Below are positions 1 through 7,570 of a stretch of 35,588 bases of DNA, one piece after another. Position numbers and translations under genes: made by a program. Origin of the DNA: Chthoniobacteraceae bacterium. Its GTDB lineage: Bacteria; Verrucomicrobiota; Verrucomicrobiia; Chthoniobacterales; Chthoniobacteraceae. The notes beneath the pieces are model-generated. The model was not told the origin of the DNA, did not search any database, and worked only from the letters and a program-made list of their open reading frames with translations. Numbering within the stretch: position 1 is the first letter of the stretch; each line of letters starts with the position of its first letter. The DNA lies in NCBI GenBank assembly GCA_031409335.1, contig JANNWY010000197.1, forward strand, positions 1 through 35,588, written 5' to 3'.

Positions 1-33
1 TGCGTCCCGTGAACGCAGCGCGGATGGAAGTTC

Positions 34-83
34 GTTTCGGCGGGACGCCGAAACCAACGCTCGGGACGAGCGTGCTACCCGGA
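34..83. repeat. GTAG-type REP-like element (right arm; partner arm probably upstream of the window)
   Basis: Two adjacent perfect hairpins with GGA loops, GTTTCGGCG-GGA-CGCCGAAAC (34-54) and ACGCTCG-GGA-CGAGCGT (57-73), followed by CTAC (75-78; GTAG on the minus strand). Confidence 0.7.
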
Positions 84-108
84 ACGCACTGCGGCGCGCC
101 TTCAGCAA

Positions 109-1131
109 ATGAAGACTGGTCTTCTCCCCACTAATTTCCCCGCGGATGTTGCGGATGCGATCGCGCGCGCGGTCGAGTTATTGACTGCCGGAGAACCCGT
201 CGCGCTGCCGACGGAAACGGTGTACGGCCTCGCCGCGGATGCGACGCGCGCGGATGCGGCAGTGAAAATTTTCGAGGCGAAACAGCGTCCATTTTTCGAC
301 CCCCTCATCGTCCATCTGCCCGATCTCGACTGGCTCGAACGCATCGCCCGCGCCGACTCGCCGCTCGTCGGAAAACTCATCGAAAATTTCTGGCCCGGTC
401 CCCTGACCCTCATCCTGCCTCGGCGCGACATCGTGCCGGACATCGTGACGTCCGGCCTCGCGACCGTCGCCGTGCGCATGAGCGCACATCCCGTCTTCCG
501 CGCCGTCGCCACTGCATTCGGCAAACCACTCGCCGCGCCGAGCGCGAACCCTTTCGGACGCATCAGCCCCACGACCGCGCAGCATGTGCGCGACGGGCTC
601 GACGGTCGCATCCCGCTCATCGTCGATGGCGGGCCGTGCGCGGTCGGGATCGAATCGACGATCGTCGCGGTGGAAGGGGAGCGGCTGCGCATCCTGCGCG
701 CGGGACCGATCACGGCGGAAGAACTCGCGCCGTTTGGTGAAGTGGAATTCGCAAGTGCCGGAGTAACGCCAGACGCGCCAGGACAAATGAAGAGCCACTA
801 CGCACCGCGCACGCCGCTGCGCTTGGCTGAACATCGAACATCCCCTTCGGCAAGCTCAGGGCCTTTGGGAAACATCGAACATCGAACATCGAAGGTCGGA
901 CTGCTTGCGTTCACGATGCCGGAGAATACGGGCGGCCTCGACGCAGTTGAAATCCTCTCCCGCACCGGCGATCTCCGCGAAGCTGCCGCCACACTTTTCG
1001 CCAAGCTCCGCCGCCTCGACGACGCGGGCCTCGACCTCATCCTCGCCGAGCCCGTCCCCGAACACGGCCTTGGCATCGCCATCATGGACCGCCTCCGCAA
1101 AGCCGCCGCGAGACTTTCCGACGCGCGCTAA
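109..1131 (+). CDS. sua5: L-threonylcarbamoyladenylate synthase, Sua5 type (YrdC domain + C-terminal SUA5 domain)
   Basis: Motifs VALPTETVYGL, IFEAKQRP..DPLIVH, FWPGPLTL, AAPSAN, GIESTI; linker APGQMKSHYAP; C-terminal LFAKLRRLD...AIMDRLRKAA. Confidence 0.95.
   Translation: MKTGLLPTNFPADVADAIARAVELLTAGEPVALPTETVYGLAADATRADAAVKIFEAKQRPFFDPLIVHLPDLDWLERIARADSPLVGKLIENFWPGPLTLILPRRDIVPDIVTSGLATVAVRMSAHPVFRAVATAFGKPLAAPSANPFGRISPTTAQHVRDGLDGRIPLIVDGGPCAVGIESTIVAVEGERLRILRAGPITAEELAPFGEVEFASAGVTPDAPGQMKSHYAPRTPLRLAEHRTSPSASSGPLGNIEHRTSKVGLLAFTMPENTGGLDAVEILSRTGDLREAAATLFAKLRRLDDAGLDLILAEPVPEHGLGIAIMDRLRKAAARLSDAR
829..893 (+). repeat. In-frame intragenic repeat: GAACATC heptamer tandem interrupted by a CCCTTCGGCAAGCTCAGGG palindrome-like unit
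   Basis: GAACATC at 829, 836, 877 and 884, plus AACATC at 871; the 14-nt direct repeats at 829-842 and 877-890 are 48 nt (16 codons) apart; encodes EHRTS...EHRTS. Confidence 0.75.
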
Positions 1132-1655
1132 ATCGGCGGGATCGAGCGGCGCAAGTCTTCCAGCCGGGTGCGTGTGCCGTGCGCGTCGCACCAGCGTTCG
1201 ATGTAGGCGAAGTCGAGTGCGTCGCCCTGCACGGCGAGGATGTTGCGCGCATCGTCGCGATCCTTGTCACGGTTCCAGCGCACTTTTTGAATGATCATGT
1301 CCTCGGCGGTGGCGATCCACGCTTCGCGCTCCAAATCGGGTAGATATTTCCAAACGCGCCGCTGAAATCGCTCTTGGTGATGAGCATCGGCGCTCAGAAA
1401 AAACAGCTCGATGCGAAAGGGGGAACCGCTGAGTTCGATGATGTGGCGCTGCGAACCGGTGATCGTCTCGAAAGAAATTTGCGGATCGAGCCGCAGCGCC
1501 GCGGGGAGCGAACCGGCAAATGCCATGAAGCCTCCGCTCTCCATTTGCACCGCGACGTCCGCATCGTGCGTGGCGCGCGCGATGCCGTGTGCATTCGACA
1601 CGAGCCCTCCGGTGACCATGTGCGAAAGACCCGCCGCTGCCAGTCGGTCCATCAA
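1128..1655 (-). CDS. Pol-beta superfamily nucleotidyltransferase (DUF6036/AbiEii-like), putative toxin; natural start probably 1686 with a frameshift near 1650-1656
   Basis: GG-x12-DAD-type motif (VTGGLVSNAHGIARATHDAD) and C-terminal TAEDMIIQK...RDKDRDD; directly downstream of a small ORF; its stop overlaps the sua5 stop. Confidence 0.7.
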   Translation of the reverse strand: MMDRLAAAGLSHMVTGGLVSNAHGIARATHDADVAVQMESGGFMAFAGSLPAALRLDPQISFETITGSQRHIIELSGSPFRIELFFLSADAHHQERFQRRVWKYLPDLEREAWIATAEDMIIQKVRWNRDKDRDDARNILAVQGDALDFAYIERWCDAHGTRTRLEDLRRSIPPI

Positions 1656-1682
1656 GCACTGCGCAAACCGCTTCGTCCGATT

Positions 1683-1946
1683 TCATGCGGGCTGCACGGA
1701 TGTATAAAAGCCATGCTCCTGCACCTGCCGCACGCGGGCGATTCGGCGATAGACTTCCGCCTCGACCTGCTCTTCCGAAAAGTGCGGGAACTGCGCGCGC
1801 ACGCCGCCGCGCATTCGCACCAGCGCCGTTTCAAACAGCTCCAGCCCCAGCACCAGCTTGCTCTCCGGCGACTGCTGCCGCGCCCGCAGCACCTTGTCGC
1901 GAAAGATTTCGTCCATCAGCGGCTGAAATTCATTCGGTGCGTCCAT
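1683..1946 (-). CDS. Small helical protein (87 aa), putative antitoxin/partner of the nucleotidyltransferase
   Basis: Clean ORF with a RARQQSPESKL...MRGGVRAQFP pattern resembling small proteins that precede DUF6036-like genes; ATGA overlap with the downstream ATG at 1686. Confidence 0.7.
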   Translation of the reverse strand: MDAPNEFQPLMDEIFRDKVLRARQQSPESKLVLGLELFETALVRMRGGVRAQFPHFSEEQVEAEVYRRIARVRQVQEHGFYTSVQPA

Positions 1947-2037
1947 GCGGAGGGAAGATAGCGGCGACGCTGCCGGTGGGCAGGAAAAAGTTTCGCCGCC
2001 GGTGCGCGCCCGCGCTTACATCCGCGCTCCGCAAACA

Positions 2038-3663
2038 ATGAACGAACCCAAAGCCGCGACGCCCGGCGCAAACAAACTCAACACCAAGGCCGCGGGCATC
2101 GTCGGGCTTGCGGTGATGTGCTCGCGGTTACTCGGGCTCGCGCGGGAAGTGGTCTTCGGAATTCTCTTTGGCGCGGGCAAGTCGATGGACGCTTTCACGA
2201 TGGCGTTCAAGACGCCGAATCTGCTGCGCGATCTTTTCGCCGAGGGCGCGCTTTCGACCGCGTTCATCACCACGTTTTCAAAAAAGATCGCCACCGAAGG
2301 CGAACCCGCGGCGTGGCGGCTCGCGAACAAAATCGGCACCCTGCTGCTCATCACGATGACGGTCATCGCCGCGTGCGGCGTGCTGCTCGCGCCGTATCTG
2401 CTCTCCATCACCGTCACCGGTTTCAAGCAGGACCCGGCGAAGTTCGATCTCACCGTGTTGCTTGCGCAGATCATGTTCCCATTCATCATCCTCGTCTCGC
2501 TCGGCGCGCAGGTGATGGGCATCCTGAATTCGCGGAATGTCTTCGGCATCCCCGCGATGGCGTCGTCGTTTTTCAATATCGGCTCCATCATCGGCGGCGT
2601 CGCGCTCGCGTGGTGGATCGATCCCGAATTCGGCCCGCGCGCGCTCATCGGCCTCGCCATCGGCACACTCATCGGCGGCGCGCTGCAGCTCGGTGTGCAA
2701 ATCCCCGCGCTGCGGAAAATCGGCTACCGGTTTCGCTTCGATTGGGACTGGCGCGATGAAGGCGTCATGCAAGTCGTCCGGCAGATGGGCCCCGCGATCA
2801 TCGCAGCGAGTTCTGTGCAGGTGAATGTGATGGTCAACGGCTGGTTCGCGAGCTGGCTGGAAGATGGCACCGCATACCGGCTCGGCGTCGCGTTTCGCCT
2901 CATGCAGCTCCCGCTCGGACTCTTCGGCGTCGCGCTCGGCACCGTCACGCTCCCGCTCATCTCGCGCATGGCCGCGCAGAAAAATATGGCCGACTTTGGA
3001 GCCGTCCTCGCGCGCGGATTCCGCCTCGCGTTCCTCCTCACCATCCCGTCCGCCGTCGGCCTCGTGCTGCTCGGTCGCCCGATCATCAGCCTCATCTACG
3101 AGCACGGAAAATTCAGCGCGCACGCCACCGACCAGGCCGCGCTCGGCCTGCAAGGTTACGCCCTTGGCCTCTGCGCCTACTCCGCGCTGAAAATCCTCGC
3201 GCCCGCATTTTACGCGATCGACCGCCGCCGCACGCCGATGATGGTCAGCTTCCTTTCCATCGGGTTAAATTTCGGCCTCAACTGGTGGCTCGCGTTCAAG
3301 CTGCAATGGGGCATCCAGGGCCTCGGCTTCGCGACTGGCTGCGTGGCCACGTTTAATTTCGCGCTGCTCTACTGGCTCATGCGCCGCGAAACGCAGCACC
3401 TCCAAACGCGCGCCCTGCTCGCCACTTTTGGGAAACTGCTCATCCCCACCGCGCTCCTTGCCGCCATCTGCTGGGGCGCGCGCGTCACCGTGCTGAATGG
3501 CTGGGAGCATTTTGCGCTGCCACTTAAAGCCGCCGCGCTGCTCGCCACGATCGCGCTCGCAGGCGGCGCATTTTTCGGCGCAGCCACGCTGCTGCGCGTG
3601 GAGGAAATGACGGAGATCACCGCGCTCGTGAAACGGAAGCTGAACCGGCGCAAGGCGGCGTAG
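2038..3663 (+). CDS. murJ: Lipid II flippase MurJ (MviN)
   Basis: SRLLGLARE, DAFTMAFKTPNLLRDLFAEGALSTAFI, RLMQLPLGLFGVA; multi-pass hydrophobic protein. Start placed at ATG 2038 (frame open from 1945). Confidence 0.95.
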   Translation: MNEPKAATPGANKLNTKAAGIVGLAVMCSRLLGLAREVVFGILFGAGKSMDAFTMAFKTPNLLRDLFAEGALSTAFITTFSKKIATEGEPAAWRLANKIGTLLLITMTVIAACGVLLAPYLLSITVTGFKQDPAKFDLTVLLAQIMFPFIILVSLGAQVMGILNSRNVFGIPAMASSFFNIGSIIGGVALAWWIDPEFGPRALIGLAIGTLIGGALQLGVQIPALRKIGYRFRFDWDWRDEGVMQVVRQMGPAIIAASSVQVNVMVNGWFASWLEDGTAYRLGVAFRLMQLPLGLFGVALGTVTLPLISRMAAQKNMADFGAVLARGFRLAFLLTIPSAVGLVLLGRPIISLIYEHGKFSAHATDQAALGLQGYALGLCAYSALKILAPAFYAIDRRRTPMMVSFLSIGLNFGLNWWLAFKLQWGIQGLGFATGCVATFNFALLYWLMRRETQHLQTRALLATFGKLLIPTALLAAICWGARVTVLNGWEHFALPLKAAALLATIALAGGAFFGAATLLRVEEMTEITALVKRKLNRRKAA

Positions 3664-3712
3664 TTTTTTGCGGTGCAAACGGGGATGCCGCCCGTAATGT
3701 CACCGCCCTTTT

Positions 3713-5065
3713 ATGAAACCTGCGAGCACGCTCAACACCCGCGAACTCTACGACCGCTACGTCATCCCGACCTACGCGCGATTCGATCTTCGCTTCGCCC
3801 GCGGGCTCGGGTGCGAGGTCTGGGATGAGGCTGGAAAACGCTATCTCGATTTCGGCGCGGGCATCGCCGTCACGTCCATCGGGCACTGCCATCCGCGCGT
3901 CATCGCCACCATGCAGCGGCAGATCGGCACGCTCGTTCACACCTCGAATCTCTACTACACGCGCCCGCAGGCGGAGCTCGCCGAGCGGCTCGTCCGCCTC
4001 ACCTGCGCCCCCGGCGAGCCGCGCGGAAAAGTGTTCTTTTGCAACAGCGGCGCGGAGGCCAACGAAGCCCTCTACAAACTGGCGCGGAAGTTTGGGAATG
4101 ACGGCGTCTCACCATCCGCGCGTCACGCCGCCGGCGAGCAAATCGCACCGGAACTTTTCCGCACCGGCATCGTGACGATGCACGGCTCCTTCCACGGACG
4201 CACCATCGCGGGCATCTCCGCGACCGGGCAGGAAAAGGTGAAGAAAAGTTTCGAGCCGCTGCTCGCAGGGTTTGTCCACGTCCCCTTCAACGACGGCCCC
4301 GCACTCCTCGTCGCCGTGCAGGAACCTGGCACCGTCGCGATCCTGCTCGAGCCGATCCAGGGCGAGATCGGCGTGCTTCCCGCGACGCCGGAATTTCTCC
4401 GCCTCGCGCGCGACCTTTGCGACCGGCACGGCTTGCTGCTGATGTTCGACGAAGTGCAATGCGGGCTCGGGCGCACGGGCGATTGGTGCGCCTGGAAAAC
4501 GCTCGCGGGCGACGACCTCATGCCCGACGCGTGCTCGTGGGCGAAAGGCATCGCGGGCGGCTTCCCGCTCGGAGCCATCTGGGTCAGCGACCGTCCCGTC
4601 ATTTTGAAAACAGGCGCGACCATTCCGCTGTGCGATCTGCTCGGCCCCGGCTCACACGGCACCACCTTCGGCGGCACGCCGCTCGTCTCCGCAGGCGCGC
4701 TCGAAGTGCTTTCGGTCATCGAAGACGAGGACATGCTCGCCAACGCCCGCCAACTCGGCCCATACGCCGTCGCCGCGATCGAAGCCATCGCCTCCCCGCT
4801 CATCCGCCAAGTGCGCGGCGTCGGGCTCATGATCGCCTTCGAGTTGGTCGCCGATTTTGCCAAGCAAGTCGCCACGAAAGACCGCGCACCGAGCCTCTTC
4901 GTGGTGGACCGCCTCCACGAAGCTGGCCTGCTCACCGTCCCCAGCGGCACCCACGCCATCCGCTGGCTGCCGCCGCTGAATGTGACGGCGCAGGAAATCG
5001 ACGAGGCCGCGGCAATACTCGGCAGGACGATGGGCACCTGTGCCGGCCTGGAGACCGTGAAGTAA
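3713..5065 (+). CDS. argD: Acetylornithine aminotransferase (class III PLP aminotransferase)
   Basis: YLDFGAGIAVTSIGHCHP, FFCNSGAEANE, SFHGRT, LEPIQGE, FDEVQCGLGRTG, PLP lysine in AKGIAGGFP, HGTTFGG. Confidence 0.88.
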   Translation: MKPASTLNTRELYDRYVIPTYARFDLRFARGLGCEVWDEAGKRYLDFGAGIAVTSIGHCHPRVIATMQRQIGTLVHTSNLYYTRPQAELAERLVRLTCAPGEPRGKVFFCNSGAEANEALYKLARKFGNDGVSPSARHAAGEQIAPELFRTGIVTMHGSFHGRTIAGISATGQEKVKKSFEPLLAGFVHVPFNDGPALLVAVQEPGTVAILLEPIQGEIGVLPATPEFLRLARDLCDRHGLLLMFDEVQCGLGRTGDWCAWKTLAGDDLMPDACSWAKGIAGGFPLGAIWVSDRPVILKTGATIPLCDLLGPGSHGTTFGGTPLVSAGALEVLSVIEDEDMLANARQLGPYAVAAIEAIASPLIRQVRGVGLMIAFELVADFAKQVATKDRAPSLFVVDRLHEAGLLTVPSGTHAIRWLPPLNVTAQEIDEAAAILGRTMGTCAGLETVK

Positions 5066-5076
5066 GTCTGAGCACT

Positions 5077-5188
5077 GGTGGATGGCGTCGCTCCGTCGCG
5101 CCATGATTCCCTGTCGCCGCAGGCCCATTTTTTAGCGTGGCGCTACCGCGCGGTCGTTGCCATGCGGCGCGGAGCGACGCCATCCACC
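5077..5188. repeat. REPIN-like inverted repeat pair
   Basis: GGTGGATGGCGTCGCTCCG (5077-5095) is the perfect reverse complement of CGGAGCGACGCCATCCACC (5170-5188), with imperfect extension to CATG on both arms; lies just after the argD stop. Confidence 0.8.
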
Positions 5189-5307
5189 TAGGCAGTTTTT
5201 AGGTCTCGAGGCGGAAAATCGAACGGAAGCGCGGTGCGTGTTGTCGAGATGAGGCCAAAGCACCAAAGGCGATATCCAGAATGCAAACGTGCTTTAAACT
5301 CACCTCT

Positions 5308-5736
5308 ATGAAATCTTTTTCCCGTTACCGAAATTCAGGCTTCACTCTCCTGGAAATCATGCTGGTGGTTATGATTATCGCGCTGTTAGCAGGTTCGGCG
5401 ATTTACATGATGCAAGGAAACATCGGGGTTGCGAATGATGTTCGCATCAAAAGTGACCTACTTGCGCTCAAATCGCCGTTAACAGTTTATGCTGGCAATG
5501 GGTTCCTGCCGACGACCGAACAAGGGCTCAAGGCGCTGGTCACGAGGCCGGAAACTTCTCCAAAACCGCGCAATTGGCGAAAGCTGATGGATAGCACTCC
5601 GCTCGATCCTTACGGGGAGGAATATCATTACGTTCAGCCCGGCATTCACAACCCGGACAGCTACGACCTCTTTTCATCTGGAAAGGATCGCATCGCGGGC
5701 ACGCCAGACGACATGGGAAATTGGGAATCACAGTAA
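5308..5736 (+). CDS. gspG: Type II secretion major pseudopilin GspG
   Basis: Prepilin cleavage/N-methylation motif G|FTLLEIMLVV; PTTEQGLKAL, DPYGEEYHY, YDLFSSGKD...TPDDMGNW. Alternative start at 5281. Confidence 0.92.
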   Translation: MKSFSRYRNSGFTLLEIMLVVMIIALLAGSAIYMMQGNIGVANDVRIKSDLLALKSPLTVYAGNGFLPTTEQGLKALVTRPETSPKPRNWRKLMDSTPLDPYGEEYHYVQPGIHNPDSYDLFSSGKDRIAGTPDDMGNWESQ

Positions 5737-5856
5737 GCGAGCGAAGCTTGCCACGGCTGCGAATCGAAGTCGTGTTTTCCCACCTTTGACGCACCCACGC
5801 ACCCGCCACTTTTTCCCCATCGGAAACCGCACCGCGCGAGTTCACAGAGATTCAAC

Positions 5857-5885
5857 TTGCCGCCGTCCTGAAACTCCCCTAAATC
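5857..5885 (+). promoter_or_regulatory. Putative sigma70-type promoter for infC
   Basis: TTGCCG-N17-TAAATC upstream of infC. Confidence 0.35.
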
Positions 5886-6057
5886 CGCACCCACGAAGCG
5901 TGCATTGATTGCGCTTCTCTTCACCGCGCGAAGTCGCTGGCGTGGTAAGCCGGAGCCGCGACGAATTTCTCCCACGAAATCCGCCGCGAGTAGCGACCCA
6001 AAAATCGACCGGGCTCAGTCCGCCGCTCCCGAGGCAAAGCCCCACCCAAACCAAACT

Positions 6058-6651
6058 ATCCAACACCAGCAAATTCGAGTTAATGGGCGCATCCGCGCGC
6101 GCGAAGTGCGCGTGGTTCTCGCCAACGGGGATCAATTGGGCGTGATGAAGCTCTCGGACGCCATCCGCCATGCACAGAATCTCGGCCTCGACCTCGTCGA
6201 AGTCGCCGCCACCGCAAATCCCCCGGTCTGCCGCATCGTCGATTACGGCAAGTTCAAATACGAGGCCGCCAAGCACGAGAAGGACAAGAAGCATTCGACC
6301 AGCAAGCTCAAGGAGATCAAATTCCGCGTGAACATCGGGAAGCACGACTACGAGACGAAACTGCGGCACGCCGAGGAGTTTCTCGACAAGGGCAACAAGG
6401 TCCGTGTTCTCCTCCAGTTTCGCGGTCGCGAAATGGCCCACCAGGATCTCGGCGTGGCGCTGCTGGCGCGGGTAAAAACCGATCTCGTGACGATGGCAGC
6501 CGTCGAGCAAGAGCCCAAACTCACCGGCAAAACCGTGACGATGACGCTCGCTCCTCTGCCCGCCAACAAACGCAAGCGCCATTTCTTCGGAGACCACGAA
6601 CTGCCCGAGGGATTCGACGACGACGACGAGGAAGACGACGAAAAGGAATAA
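6058..6651 (+). CDS. infC: Translation initiation factor IF-3 (start uncertain, probably non-AUG)
   Basis: IRVNGRIRAREVRVV, LDLVEVAATANPPVCRIVDYGKFKYE, KLKEIKFRVNIGKHD, FRGREMAH; acidic C-tail. No ATG upstream of the conserved N-terminus; ATC 6058 or ATT 6073 are candidates (frame open from TTG 5905). Confidence 0.95.
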   Translation: MQHQQIRVNGRIRAREVRVVLANGDQLGVMKLSDAIRHAQNLGLDLVEVAATANPPVCRIVDYGKFKYEAAKHEKDKKHSTSKLKEIKFRVNIGKHDYETKLRHAEEFLDKGNKVRVLLQFRGREMAHQDLGVALLARVKTDLVTMAAVEQEPKLTGKTVTMTLAPLPANKRKRHFFGDHELPEGFDDDDEEDDEKE

Positions 6652-6669
6652 CGTCGCTCCTCCCTGATT

Positions 6670-7359
6670 TTGCTCTTGGAGAAAAGACTCCTGCTCTTCG
6701 ACATCGACGGCACGCTCATCACCAGTGGTGGTGCCGGCGAACACGCCCTGCGGCTCGCGATCAAGGATCGCTTCGGCATCGACGAAGACTTTCGCGACAT
6801 CGAAATCGCCGGTCGCACGGACTCGCGCATCGCCCGGCAATTCTTCGCGAAACATTCCCTGCCAGATACGCCGGGAAACACCGCCGCGCTGTTCGAATCC
6901 TACCTCGAACACCTCGCGCTGCTGCTTCCGAAAAAGACCGGAAGATTGCTCCCTGGAATCGTCGAGCTGCTCGACGGACTGAAAGCCCGGCCGGATGTCG
7001 TGCTCGCCCTGCTCACCGGCAATCTCGCCCGCGGCGCGGAACTCAAACTCACGCACTACGGCGTGTGGGACTACTTCGAGTTCGGCGCATACGCCGACGA
7101 CCACCACGATCGCGATCAACTCGGCCACTTCGCGCGCACCCGCGCACTGGAGCGCCACGGCATCGCGTTTTCGCCCGCGCAAATTCTGATCCTCGGCGAC
7201 ACGCCACACGACATCGCGTGCGCCCGCGCCATCGGCGCAAAGGCGGTCGCCATCGCCACGGGCCAGTTCACTCGCGCCCAACTCGCGGAACATTCACCCG
7301 ATTTTCTGTTCGATGACCTGGGCGATCCGTCCGCCGTCATCACCGCCCTGACCGCCTGA
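6670..7359 (+). CDS. HAD-superfamily hydrolase (phosphoglycolate phosphatase-like)
   Basis: Motif I LLFDIDGTL, motif II LLTGN, motif IV LGDTPHDI; TTG start. Confidence 0.88.
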   Translation: MLLEKRLLLFDIDGTLITSGGAGEHALRLAIKDRFGIDEDFRDIEIAGRTDSRIARQFFAKHSLPDTPGNTAALFESYLEHLALLLPKKTGRLLPGIVELLDGLKARPDVVLALLTGNLARGAELKLTHYGVWDYFEFGAYADDHHDRDQLGHFARTRALERHGIAFSPAQILILGDTPHDIACARAIGAKAVAIATGQFTRAQLAEHSPDFLFDDLGDPSAVITALTA

Positions 7360-7570
7360 TTCGCCGCCGGTCACGGCAATTGCCCGCGCGCATCTTCCCG
7401 CTCAAGATCGCGCCGCACTATTTTGCGCATCCGCCTCCGCGTGGGCGGGTGAAATCGTGACGTGCAACAACTCCCGCCGACTCCTGATCCGCTCGGTGCC
7501 GCCACGCGCACGCCATTTCATGCGGATGGCTTGCCAACTCTCAAAGCTGTCGAAACGCAGGCCACGCATC

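Noticed and set aside
3645..3670. T-run after the murJ stop as an intrinsic terminator
   Set aside because: No convincing GC stem immediately precedes the T tract.
4095..4165. Short extra segment in ArgD (DGVSPSARHAAGEQIAPELF)
   Set aside because: It falls in a loop that is variable in class III aminotransferases, and no palindrome or tandem repeat is visible in the DNA.
6615..6648. GACGAC tandem at the end of infC
   Set aside because: It simply encodes the acidic Asp/Glu tail and is not an independent repeat element.
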